A stretch of 42,138 nt of DNA from an uncultured bacterium (GTDB lineage: Bacteria; CAYJRR01), in the NCBI GenBank assembly GCA_964372275.1, contig CAYJRR010000020.1, forward strand, positions 1-42,138. Direction: 5' to 3'. Below are positions 1-9,387 of this stretch, one piece after another. A program made the position numbers and the translations under genes. How positions within the stretch are numbered: position 1 is the stretch's first letter; each line of letters opens with the position of its first letter. Under the pieces are notes generated by a model. The model was not told where the DNA came from. It ran no database searches and saw only the letters and a list, made by a program, of their open reading frames with translations.

Positions 1-2
1 CC

Positions 3-107
3 GTCGACCTGGCGCGGGTGGAGGACGGCTTCGGCGCGGCATCGTGGATCCTGCCGGAGCCTTCGGAGACGCCGCTTCATCGACGTAGGCTCGCTCACCG
101 GCCGTGA
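3..107 (+). CDS. 3' end of a gene truncated by the window edge, probably an HTTM-domain / vitamin K-dependent gamma-carboxylase-like protein
   Basis: Frame from 3 reads [34 protein letters not shown]. The VDLA..WILP tail resembles HTTM protein C-termini. Its TGA overlaps the GTG of the receptor gene (GTGA). Confidence 0.5.
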   Translation, partial: VDLARVEDGFGAASWILPEPSETPLHRRRLAHRP

Positions 108-2387
108 CCGCTCCGCTCCTTCCGTCCCTGCTGCTGTCCGCGCTCGTCGCCGGATCGAACGGCGCGGCGTCCGACGGATCGGAGGCACGGGAGCTCTCCT
201 CGATGACGTTCGTCGTCACCGAGCGCCCGCTCGACCCTTCGCGGATCGCCGGCTCCGCGCACGCCGTCCCCGAAGAGGAACTGCGCGCCGCCGAGGCCGA
301 CGACGCGCACCGCGTCCTGGCGCGGCTCCCCGGTATCTACCTCCGCACCGAGGACGGCTTCGGCCTGCGCCCGAACATCGGGTTACGCGGCGCCAGCTCC
401 GATCGCAGCGGCAAGGTCACGCTGATGGAGGACGGCGTGCTGTTCGCACCGGCCCCCTACTCCGCCCCCGCGGCCTACTACTTCCCCCTCGTCACCCGAA
501 TGACCGCGGTCGAGGTCTACAAAGGCCCGGCGGCGATCCGCTTCGGCCCGAACACCGTCGGCGGGAGCGTGAACCTCGTCACCCGCTCGGCGCCGGCCGG
601 GACCGCCGGCGAGATCGACGTCGCGTCGGGCGAGCGCGGCTACTTCAAATCGCACCTCCACGTCGGCCACGCCGGCCCGCGCGGCGGCGTGCTCCTCGAA
701 GGGGTCCACCTGCGGAGCGACGGCTTCAAGACGATCGACGGCGCCCCCGGAGGCGCCGCGCTTGGTCCCGGAAAGACCGGCTTCCGGAAGAACGAGTGGA
801 TGCTGAAGGGGCACCTCGATCTCGACGGTGGGCGACGCCGCTTCGAAGCGAAGCTCGGCGACGCCGACGAGCGGTCGAACGAAACTTATCTGGGGCTGAC
901 CGACGCCGACTTCGCGGCCGACCCGTATCGCCGCTACGCCGCCAGCCGGCTCGATCGCATGCGCTGGGTGCGCTCGCAGTACCAACTGTCGTACGTCGAG
1001 GCGATCGGCTCGACCGGAAACGTCCGCGCCACCCTCTACCGGAATCGCCTGCACCGGGTCTGGCGCAAGCTCAATCGCTTCCGCGGAGGGCCCCCGCTGG
1101 AGGAGATCCTGAAGGCGCCCGACGGAGGGCAGTCGGCGGTCTACGCGGCGATCCTTCGCGGCGAGGAGGACTCCTCCACCGACGAGCAGACGCTGCTCCT
1201 CGGGACCAACGACCGGACGTTCTTCGGTGAAGGCGTCCAGGCGACCGCCAACGCCACCGCGACCCACGGGCGCTTCGCCCACGCGCTGGAGCTCGGCGCG
1301 CGGCTTCACAAGGACGGCGTCGACCGCGTGCACTCCGAGGACGGCCATCGCATGCTCGGAGGGGAGCTCACCCCCTCGGGAGAGCCGACGGAGATCGTCC
1401 TCGACAACGCCGCGACGACCAACGCCCTGGCGCTCTACGCGCAGGATCGGATTGCCGTCGGCGACCTTCTGCTGACACCGGGCCTCCGGGCGGAGTGGAT
1501 CGCCAATCGCCATCGCGATCGCTCGACCGGCGAGGAGACGAGGCACGAGGACGTCGTCCTGCTCCCGGGGATCGGCGCCCATGTCCAGGTGACGCCGTCG
1601 CTGGGGCTCCTCGCCGGCGTGCACGAAGGTTTCAGTCCGGTGTCCCCCGGCCAGACGGGCGACGTCCGGCCGGAGACGAGCGTCAATTACGAGGCCGGCG
1701 GCCGCTTTCGCGGCGACGCCGCGACCGTCGAGCTGATCGGCTTCTTCAACGACTACGTCAACCTGACCGGCGAGTGCACCTTCTCCAGCGGCTGCCCCGA
1801 CGAGGCGCTCGGCCGCCAGTTCAACGGCGGCGCGGTCCACGTCTACGGGCTGGAGGCGACGGCGGGGCGGCGCGTCCCCTTCGACCGGTTCGAGCTCCGG
1901 CTCGAAGCGAACTACACCTTCACCCGCTCGTCGTTCCGGACGGGATTCCGCTCGGACAACCCTCAATTCGGCGAGGTGGAACCGGGGGACTCGCTCCCCT
2001 ACGTCCCGGAGCATCAGGCGTCGGGGCTGCTCGCGGTCGCCCGCGGAGACTGGTCGGCCCGGATCGCGGCCACCTACGTCGGCGCGATGCGCGAGGTGGC
2101 GGGACGGGGACTTCCGGCCGCCGGCGACGCGACCGACGCGCACGCCGTCTTCGACCTCGCCGCCGCGCGCGCGCTCGGCGCGCGCGGCCAGGTCTATCTC
2201 ACCGTAGACAACCTGCNNNNNNNNNNAAGCGCGTGTCCTGATTTTCCATTTCGGTCGTCTCGGCACGCTCACCGTCGACAACCTGCTCGACGCCGAGTAC
2301 ATCGCCGCCCGGCGCCCGTTCGGCGCCCGCCCGGGCAGGCCACGCGAGGCACACCTCGGCGTCCGCATCGCCTTCGGAGGCCCGTAA
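104..2387 (+). CDS. TonB-dependent receptor, FecA-like (probable iron uptake), interrupted by an assembly gap
   Basis: Signal peptide; plug motifs [41 protein letters not shown]; beta-barrel. After the gap another frame gives the true C-terminus [39 protein letters not shown] (TAA 2385-2387). Confidence 0.9.
2217..2226. other. Assembly gap; 19 nt duplicated across it (2198-2216 vs 2268-2286)
   Basis: N run; ctcaccgtagacaacctgc before the gap and ctcaccgtcgacaacctgc after 41 nt of unrelated sequence. Confidence 0.9.
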
Positions 2388-2423
2388 GCGCGGAGCGTGG
2401 CCCGCCCGGATCGGGGCGTCCGG

Positions 2424-2867
2424 TCAGCCGGAGGTGTCGAGGACCAGCGACACCGCGGTGATCGGTTCCTCTTCGTTCTCCGGCCACGTCACCTGGGCCG
2501 GTCCGTCGGACGCGACGATCGTCCCGGCCGTCCCGAGATCGAGGTAGGCGTCGACACAGTGGGTCCCCAGCTCGAGTCCGGAAAACGCGGTTTGGAACGG
2601 CGTGCCGGCGGACGTCAACGACACCCCCGCCGCGGTGTCGCTCTCGAGAACGGTCCCCTGACAGTCCATCCGTTCGACGTGCAGCGTCCCGGTCGGCCCG
2701 CAGCCACCTCCACCGCAGGTCACGTCGACGTCGATGTGGCCGGAGAACGCGTCGTCATCGTCGTCGTTTCCGCCGTCCCCACCGGTACAACCGGCGGCGA
2801 CGCCCACGACGTGCGTAGCGAGCGCGAGGAAGCGGAAAGGGAGTCGAGAGAGCATGCGGCCTCCCAT
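2424..2867 (-). CDS. Putative lipoprotein with acidic linker and small beta-rich domain
   Basis: Hydrophobic N-terminus, VAAGC lipobox, GGNDDDDD linker, extra cysteines. The start may be the ATG at 2855. Confidence 0.7.
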   Translation of the reverse strand: MGGRMLSRLPFRFLALATHVVGVAAGCTGGDGGNDDDDDAFSGHIDVDVTCGGGGCGPTGTLHVERMDCQGTVLESDTAAGVSLTSAGTPFQTAFSGLELGTHCVDAYLDLGTAGTIVASDGPAQVTWPENEEEPITAVSLVLDTSG

Positions 2868-2906
2868 CCTGCCCGATGGAGCCAGGAGTGCCCGCCCGGT
2901 GGGATC

Positions 2907-2953
2907 ATTCTAACGCGCCGGGTCGAAAGCCGCACCGAGGACCCCGATACAAT
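2907..2953. promoter_or_regulatory. Divergent sigma70-type -10 elements (TAGAAT on - at 2907-2912; TACAAT on + at 2948-2953)
   Basis: Near-consensus hexamers in a short divergent intergenic region of a GC-rich genome. Confidence 0.5.
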
Positions 2954-2961
2954 CGCCGTCG

Positions 2962-3368
2962 ATGCGACGCTCCATGGTCCGATCGTTCGAACGAACGCTG
3001 CGTGTCGCCCTGCTGATCGTGCCTTCGAACGCCCTTGCCTGGAGCGGCTCCGGATTTAGCGCCGCGTCGGATCGCTGGGTGTACGCCTGGCTCTACCGGC
3101 TCCTGATCGGTCTCGCGATGCTGTCGGCGGGGCTTTCCGTGTCATCGATCGCCTTCCAGGTCCACCGCCACCGCGCCCGTCGTTCCGGCGGCGCGCTNNN
3201 NNNNNNNCGCTGGGAAAGGTGGTCGCCGTCGTCATCGCGCTCGGCTCGTCGGGAATGGCCGCGCTGGTGACGATCTTCGCGCTCGAGGAGTCCCGCCCCG
3301 GGCACCTGGCATTCGCCGCCGCGCTCGGTCTCCTGGCCCTCGCCACCGTCGCGGCGGCCTTCCGTTGA
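2962..3368 (+). CDS. Small multi-pass membrane protein spanning an assembly gap
   Basis: Hydrophobic segments before the gap. After it the frame LGKVVAVVIALGSSG...LAFAAALGLLALATVAAAFR* ends at TGA 3366-3368. cgct flanks both sides of the gap. Confidence 0.6.
3198..3207. other. Assembly gap
   Basis: N run. Confidence 0.95.
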
Positions 3369-3431
3369 TACGGTGGCCGGGGCGCTGAACGAGGGCCACG
3401 CCGTCGTAGATTCCGCGGCCGCTATCGGGAC

Positions 3432-3453
3432 CGCGACCGCCCTCGCGGTCGCG
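3432..3453. terminator. GC-rich hairpin between convergent genes
   Basis: cgcgaccgc-cctc-gcggtcgcg, a perfect 9-bp stem just past the stop of the 122-aa gene; no U-tract. Confidence 0.4.
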
Positions 3454-3455
3454 TA

Positions 3456-3824
3456 CTAGTTCGAGTCGTCGACCCAGGCGTTGCGGTCGTTCTCGGTGAT
3501 CTCGAGCGCGCCGATCTTGGCGGCGAAGAGGAACTTGTAGCGGCGGGAGCCTTCGATCGTGATGCGGAAGCGGTCGCCGCCCACGTCCTCCAGCTTGTAT
3601 TCGGCGAAGTCCTCGATGTCGTAGCGCTTCTCCCCTTTGGGGCTGGCCGCCTCGTCGAACTTGCTCCCGGCGCCGCGCTTCTCGAGCCAGCGCCGCTCGA
3701 ACGGATTGCGCGGCTTGCGCTTGAGCGTCTTGCTCTCGAAAAAGGTGAGCAGCGCCTTCGACGAGGACTGGATCTGGGTCCTCATCGCGCGCCACTCGGC
3801 GACGTCCAACACGCGGTCCTTCAC
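3456..3824 (-). CDS. Hypothetical charged cytoplasmic protein (122 aa)
   Basis: K/E/F-rich composition unlike shadow ORFs; GGGGAGAG SD-like sequence upstream of the GTG; 24 nt downstream of the NTase gene. Confidence 0.75.
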   Translation of the reverse strand: MKDRVLDVAEWRAMRTQIQSSSKALLTFFESKTLKRKPRNPFERRWLEKRGAGSKFDEAASPKGEKRYDIEDFAEYKLEDVGGDRFRITIEGSRRYKFLFAAKIGALEITENDRNAWVDDSN

Positions 3825-3848
3825 GTTCGTCTCTCCCCGAGGCGCCGG

Positions 3849-4502
3849 TCACGCCATCTTGCGCGGGCGCACCTTCTCCAGAAGCGCCTCAATCATCCCG
3901 TTGCAGTGCCCCTGGACGGCGACGCCGCGCTGCAGGCGCTTCAGGATCTCCTGGATCCCGTCGAAGGCGTCGCGCACGTCCTCCTTGCTCGCCTTGGTCG
4001 CGGCCCGCCGCGGGTCGAACCCGGGCGCCGCCCCCATCAGCACCAGCGCGTTGACCGCGTCGACGGTCGCGTTCCAGTACTTGAAGGAACGCAGCCGCTC
4101 GACCACCAGGTCCTCCGGCGACACGACCCGGACGTCGACCCCGCCGACACGCACCACGATCCAGTCCTCGTTCGACCGCAACGTCGGCGACGGGAACTCG
4201 ACGAAAATCGAGCGCTGCTCGTGCGTCCAGCTCTTGCCGCGCTTCTCGAAGCCGAGCGCGGTCATCACCACGGCCAATTCCCGGCCCTCGGCGGCGATCA
4301 GGTCGAGATCGCCGGTGGCGTACTCGCCGGCGGTGTAGAACTCGACCGCCGCGCCGCCCACCACCACCGGGTACACGCCGACGCTCTTGAGCGCGATCGT
4401 CAGGATCGCGGCGATCTCGAGGTGCCGCTCCGACAGGTCGGTCATCGCCGCGGCCTTCGCCAGACGCGAGCGAAGCTCCTGGATATCGGCGACTTCGATC
4501 AT
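3849..4502 (-). CDS. Pol-beta superfamily nucleotidyltransferase (DUF6036-like)
   Basis: PVVVGGAAVEFYTAGEYATGDLDL (GG..DxD motif) and VVSPEDLVVERL. ATG at 4502, alternative GTG at 4511. Confidence 0.8.
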   Translation of the reverse strand: MIEVADIQELRSRLAKAAAMTDLSERHLEIAAILTIALKSVGVYPVVVGGAAVEFYTAGEYATGDLDLIAAEGRELAVVMTALGFEKRGKSWTHEQRSIFVEFPSPTLRSNEDWIVVRVGGVDVRVVSPEDLVVERLRSFKYWNATVDAVNALVLMGAAPGFDPRRAATKASKEDVRDAFDGIQEILKRLQRGVAVQGHCNGMIEALLEKVRPRKMA

Positions 4503-4561
4503 GGGGGGCACGAATTAGAGCACCCGCTTCGGGGGTTGGGCAAGCTACAGTGAAACCGCCG

Positions 4562-6166
4562 ATGGCCGATCGAGAACGGATCGGAACGCTCGAGAGCTTG
4601 CGGGCCGCAGCGACCTCCTGGCGGCTGGGATCGGTGGCGCTGCAGTCGTTCGCCTCCGGACTGCCGCTGGGGATCGTCTACAAGGCGCTCCCGGCCTGGC
4701 TCAAGTACGCCGGTTTCGACGTCAAGACGATCGGCTGGATCTCGCTGGCGCAGGCCCCGTGGGCGTTCAAGTTCCTCTGGTCGCCGCTGATGGACCGCTA
4801 CGTGCCGCCGTTCTTGGGCCGGCGCCGCGCCTGGATGGCGGTGGCCCAGGTGTTCCTGATCGCCGGGATCGCGGTCCTCGCCTGGATCGCCGGCCTCGAT
4901 CCGCTCCCGATCGGCGCCGTCGCCGTGGCGGCGGTCGCGATCGCCTTCTGGTCGGCGACGCAGGACATCGCCATCGACGGCTATGCCGTCGAGGTCCTGG
5001 AAAAGAGGGAGCACGGCATGGCCGTCGGCGCGCGGACCGCGGTCTATCGCGCCGCCTTCTTCATCGCCGGCGGGCTCACGATCACCCTGGCGCAAGGTTC
5101 GGCGGCGGACGGCGGCGCGGGGGCCGCCGGCGGCGGATGGGGGTGGCCCGCGACCTTCCTCGGCCTGGCGCTCCTCTACCTGCCGCTCCTGGGGGTGGTG
5201 ATCGCCAGCCCCGAGCCGGCCGTCCCGGCCCCGGCCCCGACGTCGCTCCGGGCCGCCGTCTTCGAACCGATGGTCGGCCTGTTCCGGACGGCGAGGGCGC
5301 TGGAGATCATGGCCTTCGTCTTCCTCTACAAGCTGTCCGACAACCTGGCGACGGCGCTGCAGACGCCGTTCCTGATCGAAAAGGGGTTCTCGCCGAAGGA
5401 CGTCGGGATCGCCGTTTCGACGCTCGGCGTCGCCGCCACGATCGGCGGCACCTTCCTCGGCGGTCTGTGGACCGACCGCATCGGCCTCGGGCACGCGCTC
5501 TGGATCTTCGGCGTGATGCAGGCGGTGAGCAACCTGGGGTTCGTCGCGATCGACCAGCTGGGGGTGAACCGCCCGGTGATGTACTCGGCAATCGCCTTCG
5601 ACACGATCACCCAGGGGGTCGCCACCGGCGCCTTCTTCGTGTTGCTTCTGCGGCTGACCCAGAAGCGATTCTCGGCGACGCAGTACGCGCTGTTCTCCAG
5701 CATCATGGCGCTCGGCCGGACGGTCACCGGGCCGCCGGCCGGGATCCTCGTCGACGCCATCGGCTGGACGCCGTTCTTCGTCTCGACCCTGCTCGCCGCC
5801 GTACCGGGGATGGCGATGCTCCACCGCTTCGCGCCGCTGGGAGTCCGCGAGCCGCGCCTGGACGAGGAGGTCTCGTCGAGCGGGCCGGCGGCACCGCTGA
5901 CACGCGCGCGCGTCGCGCTCCACGGACTGGTCGGAACGTCCGCCGGGCTCGCCGTCGGCGTTTCGTCCTCCGCGTTGCTCGCGGCGCTCAAAGCGGCTCG
6001 CGGGCCGGGTGCGTCGTTCGACCTCGGCGCCGCCGTGCTGGCGCTGCTGTCGCCGGAGACGACCGGACAGTGGATTCGACTGTGCGGACCGATCGCGTTC
6101 GGACTCGTCGTCGGCGTGGTGGTCATGGCGCTGTCGATCGCGCGCCGCGGACTGGCGCCGCGATAG
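4562..6166 (+). CDS. ampG: AmpG-family muropeptide MFS transporter with a C-terminal membrane extension
   Basis: FASGLP, PWAFKFLWSPLMDR, LGRRRAW, SATQDIAIDGY, FLYKLSD, FSATQYALFSS. Alternative GTG start at 4550. Confidence 0.92.
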   Translation: MADRERIGTLESLRAAATSWRLGSVALQSFASGLPLGIVYKALPAWLKYAGFDVKTIGWISLAQAPWAFKFLWSPLMDRYVPPFLGRRRAWMAVAQVFLIAGIAVLAWIAGLDPLPIGAVAVAAVAIAFWSATQDIAIDGYAVEVLEKREHGMAVGARTAVYRAAFFIAGGLTITLAQGSAADGGAGAAGGGWGWPATFLGLALLYLPLLGVVIASPEPAVPAPAPTSLRAAVFEPMVGLFRTARALEIMAFVFLYKLSDNLATALQTPFLIEKGFSPKDVGIAVSTLGVAATIGGTFLGGLWTDRIGLGHALWIFGVMQAVSNLGFVAIDQLGVNRPVMYSAIAFDTITQGVATGAFFVLLLRLTQKRFSATQYALFSSIMALGRTVTGPPAGILVDAIGWTPFFVSTLLAAVPGMAMLHRFAPLGVREPRLDEEVSSSGPAAPLTRARVALHGLVGTSAGLAVGVSSSALLAALKAARGPGASFDLGAAVLALLSPETTGQWIRLCGPIAFGLVVGVVVMALSIARRGLAPR

Positions 6167-6253
6167 CGGACCGCGCGTCGCGCACCCGGGGCTCGCCCGA
6201 CTCGTCCAAAGCGTCGGCGGGGCCGCGACGCGATGGCCGAAGTCAGCCATTCA

Positions 6254-6268
6254 TGTAGATTTTTTGCA
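6254..6268. promoter_or_regulatory. Candidate enhancer-binding protein site (TGTA-N7-TGCA) in an AT-rich tract
   Basis: Imperfect palindrome about 90 bp upstream of a sigma54 motif. Confidence 0.3.
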
Positions 6269-6352
6269 TCCGATCGTTTCCTTTCGACTCATCTGTCAAT
6301 TCATTTCGCGCACGCGATCAGCGATCTCGCGCGGTTAGGTCCAACCGTTCGT

Positions 6353-6368
6353 TGGCACTTCCCCTGCT
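6353..6368 (+). promoter_or_regulatory. Sigma54 (-24/-12) promoter
   Basis: TGGCACTTCCCCTGCT, exact GG-N10-GC spacing, about 70 nt upstream of ATG 6437. Confidence 0.7.
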
Positions 6369-6436
6369 TGGCGCGCTGTGTCAATCGCCGCGCCGCCGGG
6401 AGTCGGTACGGTTCTTTCGCAGGGAGAGGTGACCTC

Positions 6437-7207
6437 ATGAAAAACTCCGTTCGATTCGCCCTCGTCGCCGTGACCGCATCGTGGATCTCCGCCTCGGCGC
6501 AGGCCGCGCCCGCGGCCCCCAAGAAGAAGTCGCCGCCGCCGCCCCCGCCGGCCCCGTCCCCCTGGCAGATGCCCGAAGAGGAGGCGCCCGCGCCGGAGCT
6601 GGTCGCCTCCGCCGCCCCTGTGGCCGCGGCCCCGGCCCCCGTCGTCGCGGGGTTCGTACCCGGTATTCCGTCCTACCGTCCGACGGGTCGCTCCATCGGC
6701 ATCGGCGCCGGGTGGAACCTGCCGGCCGACCTCGGCACCCCCAATGAGGTCAGCGCGCGCATCCGCATGGCGTCGGGGTTCGCGATCGAGCCGACGGCGA
6801 AGCTGCAGGTGGGGAACACCACCTCCAAAGTCGACGACGCGAAGGTCAAGTCGACCGGCAGCGACCTCGGCTTCGGCGCGGCGCTTCGCAAGCCGTTCGT
6901 CGGACGCAGCCAGTGCGACATCGTCCTGATCGGCGCGGCCAACTTCGACGCCGCCACCACCTCCGGGAAGAACGAAGAGGGGGCGAAGGTCACCGACAGC
7001 CTGACCACCATCGGCGCGTCGTGGGGGGTCGGCGTGGAGCTGTTCCCGCGCGGGCACTGGTCGATCAGCTTCGACGCGATGAGCCCGGTGGCGGTGATGG
7101 CGACGACCGTCAACAAGGTCGGCGACGTAAAGACCACCACCACCAGCACGTCGTTCGGCCTGGTGCTCGATCCGACCGTCCGCCTGATGTCGCACATCTA
7201 CTACTGA
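6437..7207 (+). CDS. Putative outer-membrane beta-barrel protein with Pro/Ala-rich N-terminal linker
   Basis: GAGAGG SD; signal peptide MKNSVRFALVAVTASWISASAQA; alternating beta-strands; aromatic C-terminus HIYY. Confidence 0.75.
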   Translation: MKNSVRFALVAVTASWISASAQAAPAAPKKKSPPPPPPAPSPWQMPEEEAPAPELVASAAPVAAAPAPVVAGFVPGIPSYRPTGRSIGIGAGWNLPADLGTPNEVSARIRMASGFAIEPTAKLQVGNTTSKVDDAKVKSTGSDLGFGAALRKPFVGRSQCDIVLIGAANFDAATTSGKNEEGAKVTDSLTTIGASWGVGVELFPRGHWSISFDAMSPVAVMATTVNKVGDVKTTTTSTSFGLVLDPTVRLMSHIYY

Positions 7208-7237
7208 TCGAACGGCCTTTCGTCAGGAGGACTCTCA

Positions 7238-8512
7238 ATGAACACGTGGAACTGGACGGCAGCCCTCGCCGCGGCCGTCGGGCTGTCCGGCGTCGCCGGG
7301 TGCGACCTCGGCGACGACGGGGAGAGCGACGGACCTCCGGGCGGCGTCGTCTCGATCACCGCCTACAAGAACGGCGACCAGACCTACGCCAACGCTTCGG
7401 CCTTTTTCATCGCCCGGCTCGATACCTCCAACGGCTCTCAGCTCTCGTCCTACTCCGACAGCTTCATCCCCGACCTGCGAAGGGACCAGTGCGAGCTCCT
7501 CGAGGAGGAGGAGATCGAGTTGCCGGAGGCGATCGGTCTCGACGTCGGAAGCGAGGTTCTCCTCGCCGACTCCTCCGGCGACGAGATCGCGCTGGAGCCC
7601 GGGTTCGCAGAGGGTTCCTACGCGTCGACCGGCGAGATCGATCCCGAAGGGGGCGAGCGCTATTCGGTGTCGATCGAAGGAACGTCGGAGATCGAGGGCC
7701 GGACGTTGTCGGGCTCGATCCACTTCCCCGATCAACTGCTGCTCGATCGCTTCGCCGACGGCACGATCTCGATCGACTCCGACGAGGGGACCGACATCGA
7801 GTGGGAGCCGGTCGGCGCCGACGCGGTGGTGCTGTCCTTCCAGGGGGAGAAGAACGGACGCTGCCTCACCGAGGACGACGGCTCGTTCAAGATCCCCGGC
7901 GAGTTCGCCGAAGACCTCGGCGAGGGCGGATACTTCACGATCACCGCCGTCAACGAGTCCAAGACGAAGCTCGAGGGGCGCACGGTGCGGCTGGTCGGCG
8001 CCACCGGGCAGTCGGGAACCTTCACGGTGGAGGCCGGGGCCGGCGGCGGCGACGTCACGCGCTGCTCGATCGTGTGGATGTCGCCGGGCACCACGTCGGG
8101 AAAGATCCACGTCTACCTCGTCGACATGTCGGTCGGCCGGTGGTCGACCGGATCGAAGACCTTCGACGGCGAGGAGATCGTCGGCGCTCTTCTCTACGAC
8201 TACGGGAGCGGTGGGAGCGTCGCCGATCAGGCGGTCGCGTCGTCCGGCCAGTTCTCGCTGACGGTGGACGGATCCGCCGGCGGCGATGGCGTGTCGTTCG
8301 AGGATCCGAGCTCGCAGAGCTATTCGTCGGAGTCGGGAAAGACCGTCTCGGGCGGAACGGGCTCCTTCGACGGGGTCTTGACCGCTCCCGACGACGAGGA
8401 GGCCGAGTTCGGCGAGGGGTCGATCTCGATCACCTACGACGGAACGACCCTTTCGCTCGGGGAGTCCGGCGTCTACGCCCAGTGCTACGACGAGAACGCC
8501 TTCGCGCCCTGA
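7238..8512 (+). CDS. Acidic beta-rich lipoprotein (424 aa)
   Basis: GGAGG SD; VAGC lipobox; highly D/E/S/G-rich. Confidence 0.8.
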   Translation: MNTWNWTAALAAAVGLSGVAGCDLGDDGESDGPPGGVVSITAYKNGDQTYANASAFFIARLDTSNGSQLSSYSDSFIPDLRRDQCELLEEEEIELPEAIGLDVGSEVLLADSSGDEIALEPGFAEGSYASTGEIDPEGGERYSVSIEGTSEIEGRTLSGSIHFPDQLLLDRFADGTISIDSDEGTDIEWEPVGADAVVLSFQGEKNGRCLTEDDGSFKIPGEFAEDLGEGGYFTITAVNESKTKLEGRTVRLVGATGQSGTFTVEAGAGGGDVTRCSIVWMSPGTTSGKIHVYLVDMSVGRWSTGSKTFDGEEIVGALLYDYGSGGSVADQAVASSGQFSLTVDGSAGGDGVSFEDPSSQSYSSESGKTVSGGTGSFDGVLTAPDDEEAEFGEGSISITYDGTTLSLGESGVYAQCYDENAFAP

Positions 8513-8610
8513 CGGTCGCGGTAGTCGAATCGGAACCGATGGTCGGATCCGTGACCGATGACGCGCTCGGCAATTCACGGTAGGGTCCCCTCCCCAATGG
8601 AGGTCCGCCC

Positions 8611-9351
8611 GTGACGGTGTCGAGCGCAGTCCTTCCGTCCGTCGTCCGCGTGACGACCCTCGTCCGCGCCGGCCTGGCTCTGGCCGTGACGCCGGTCTGG
8701 TTCGGCGTCGCCCCGTTCGCGCGTGAGGCGGCGGCGCAGCCGGTCGAAGTGTCGATGACGCCGACGCCCACGCCGACGCCGCCTCCGAAGGTCGCGCCGA
8801 TCCCGATCTATCCCGAGACCGGCGCTGGCGCGGCGCGCGGGTCGGCGGCAGAGCCGGGCGCCGTGAGCGGACCGTCCGACGCGGGCGCGACCGGCGCCTC
8901 CGGCGGCGTCCGCTTCGACCGCGCCGGGATGTTCGGCGTGGGGATCGCCATCGGGAACACCTCCACCGGCGGGACGGCCAAGCTCTGGATCTCCCCCGAG
9001 CTGGCGGTCCAGTTCGGCGCCGGTTCGGGTCCACTGGGGAACAACGTCCGCTTCCAGCTCGACCTTCTCTACTACTACTTCAAGTGGAACGAACCGACGG
9101 GGCTGTACTCCCTGCCGTTCTACGCCGGCGTCGGCGCGCAGTCGGGGATCTCGTTCGAGAACCCGTACCCCGCCGACCGCACCGACATGGGGATCCGCGT
9201 GCCCACCGGGATGTCGGTGGTCGTTCCCGGAAACCCGGTCGAGCTCTACCTGGAGATCGCCGCCGACGTGGGGAGCTACGACGACGACCTGGACGATCCT
9301 CGGGTCGTCTTCTTCCTCGACGGCCAGGTGGGCGCCCGCTACTACTTCTAG
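8611..9351 (+). CDS. Putative small outer-membrane beta-barrel (DUF3996-like)
   Basis: GGAGG SD; signal peptide; PT linker; FGVGIAIG..GGTAKLW, FYAGVG, MGIRVPTGM; C-terminal GARYYF Bam signal. Confidence 0.75.
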   Translation: MTVSSAVLPSVVRVTTLVRAGLALAVTPVWFGVAPFAREAAAQPVEVSMTPTPTPTPPPKVAPIPIYPETGAGAARGSAAEPGAVSGPSDAGATGASGGVRFDRAGMFGVGIAIGNTSTGGTAKLWISPELAVQFGAGSGPLGNNVRFQLDLLYYYFKWNEPTGLYSLPFYAGVGAQSGISFENPYPADRTDMGIRVPTGMSVVVPGNPVELYLEIAADVGSYDDDLDDPRVVFFLDGQVGARYYF

Positions 9352-9387
9352 CCACCGGGAAGCCGCTCCGTTCGAGGACCGCCACGC

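Noticed and set aside
2198-2290. Apparent frameshift and 19-nt direct repeat in the TonB receptor (possible insertion or target-site duplication)
   Set aside because: It sits on an N gap; overlapping contig ends with a low-quality tail explain it, and merging the repeats restores an intact gene.
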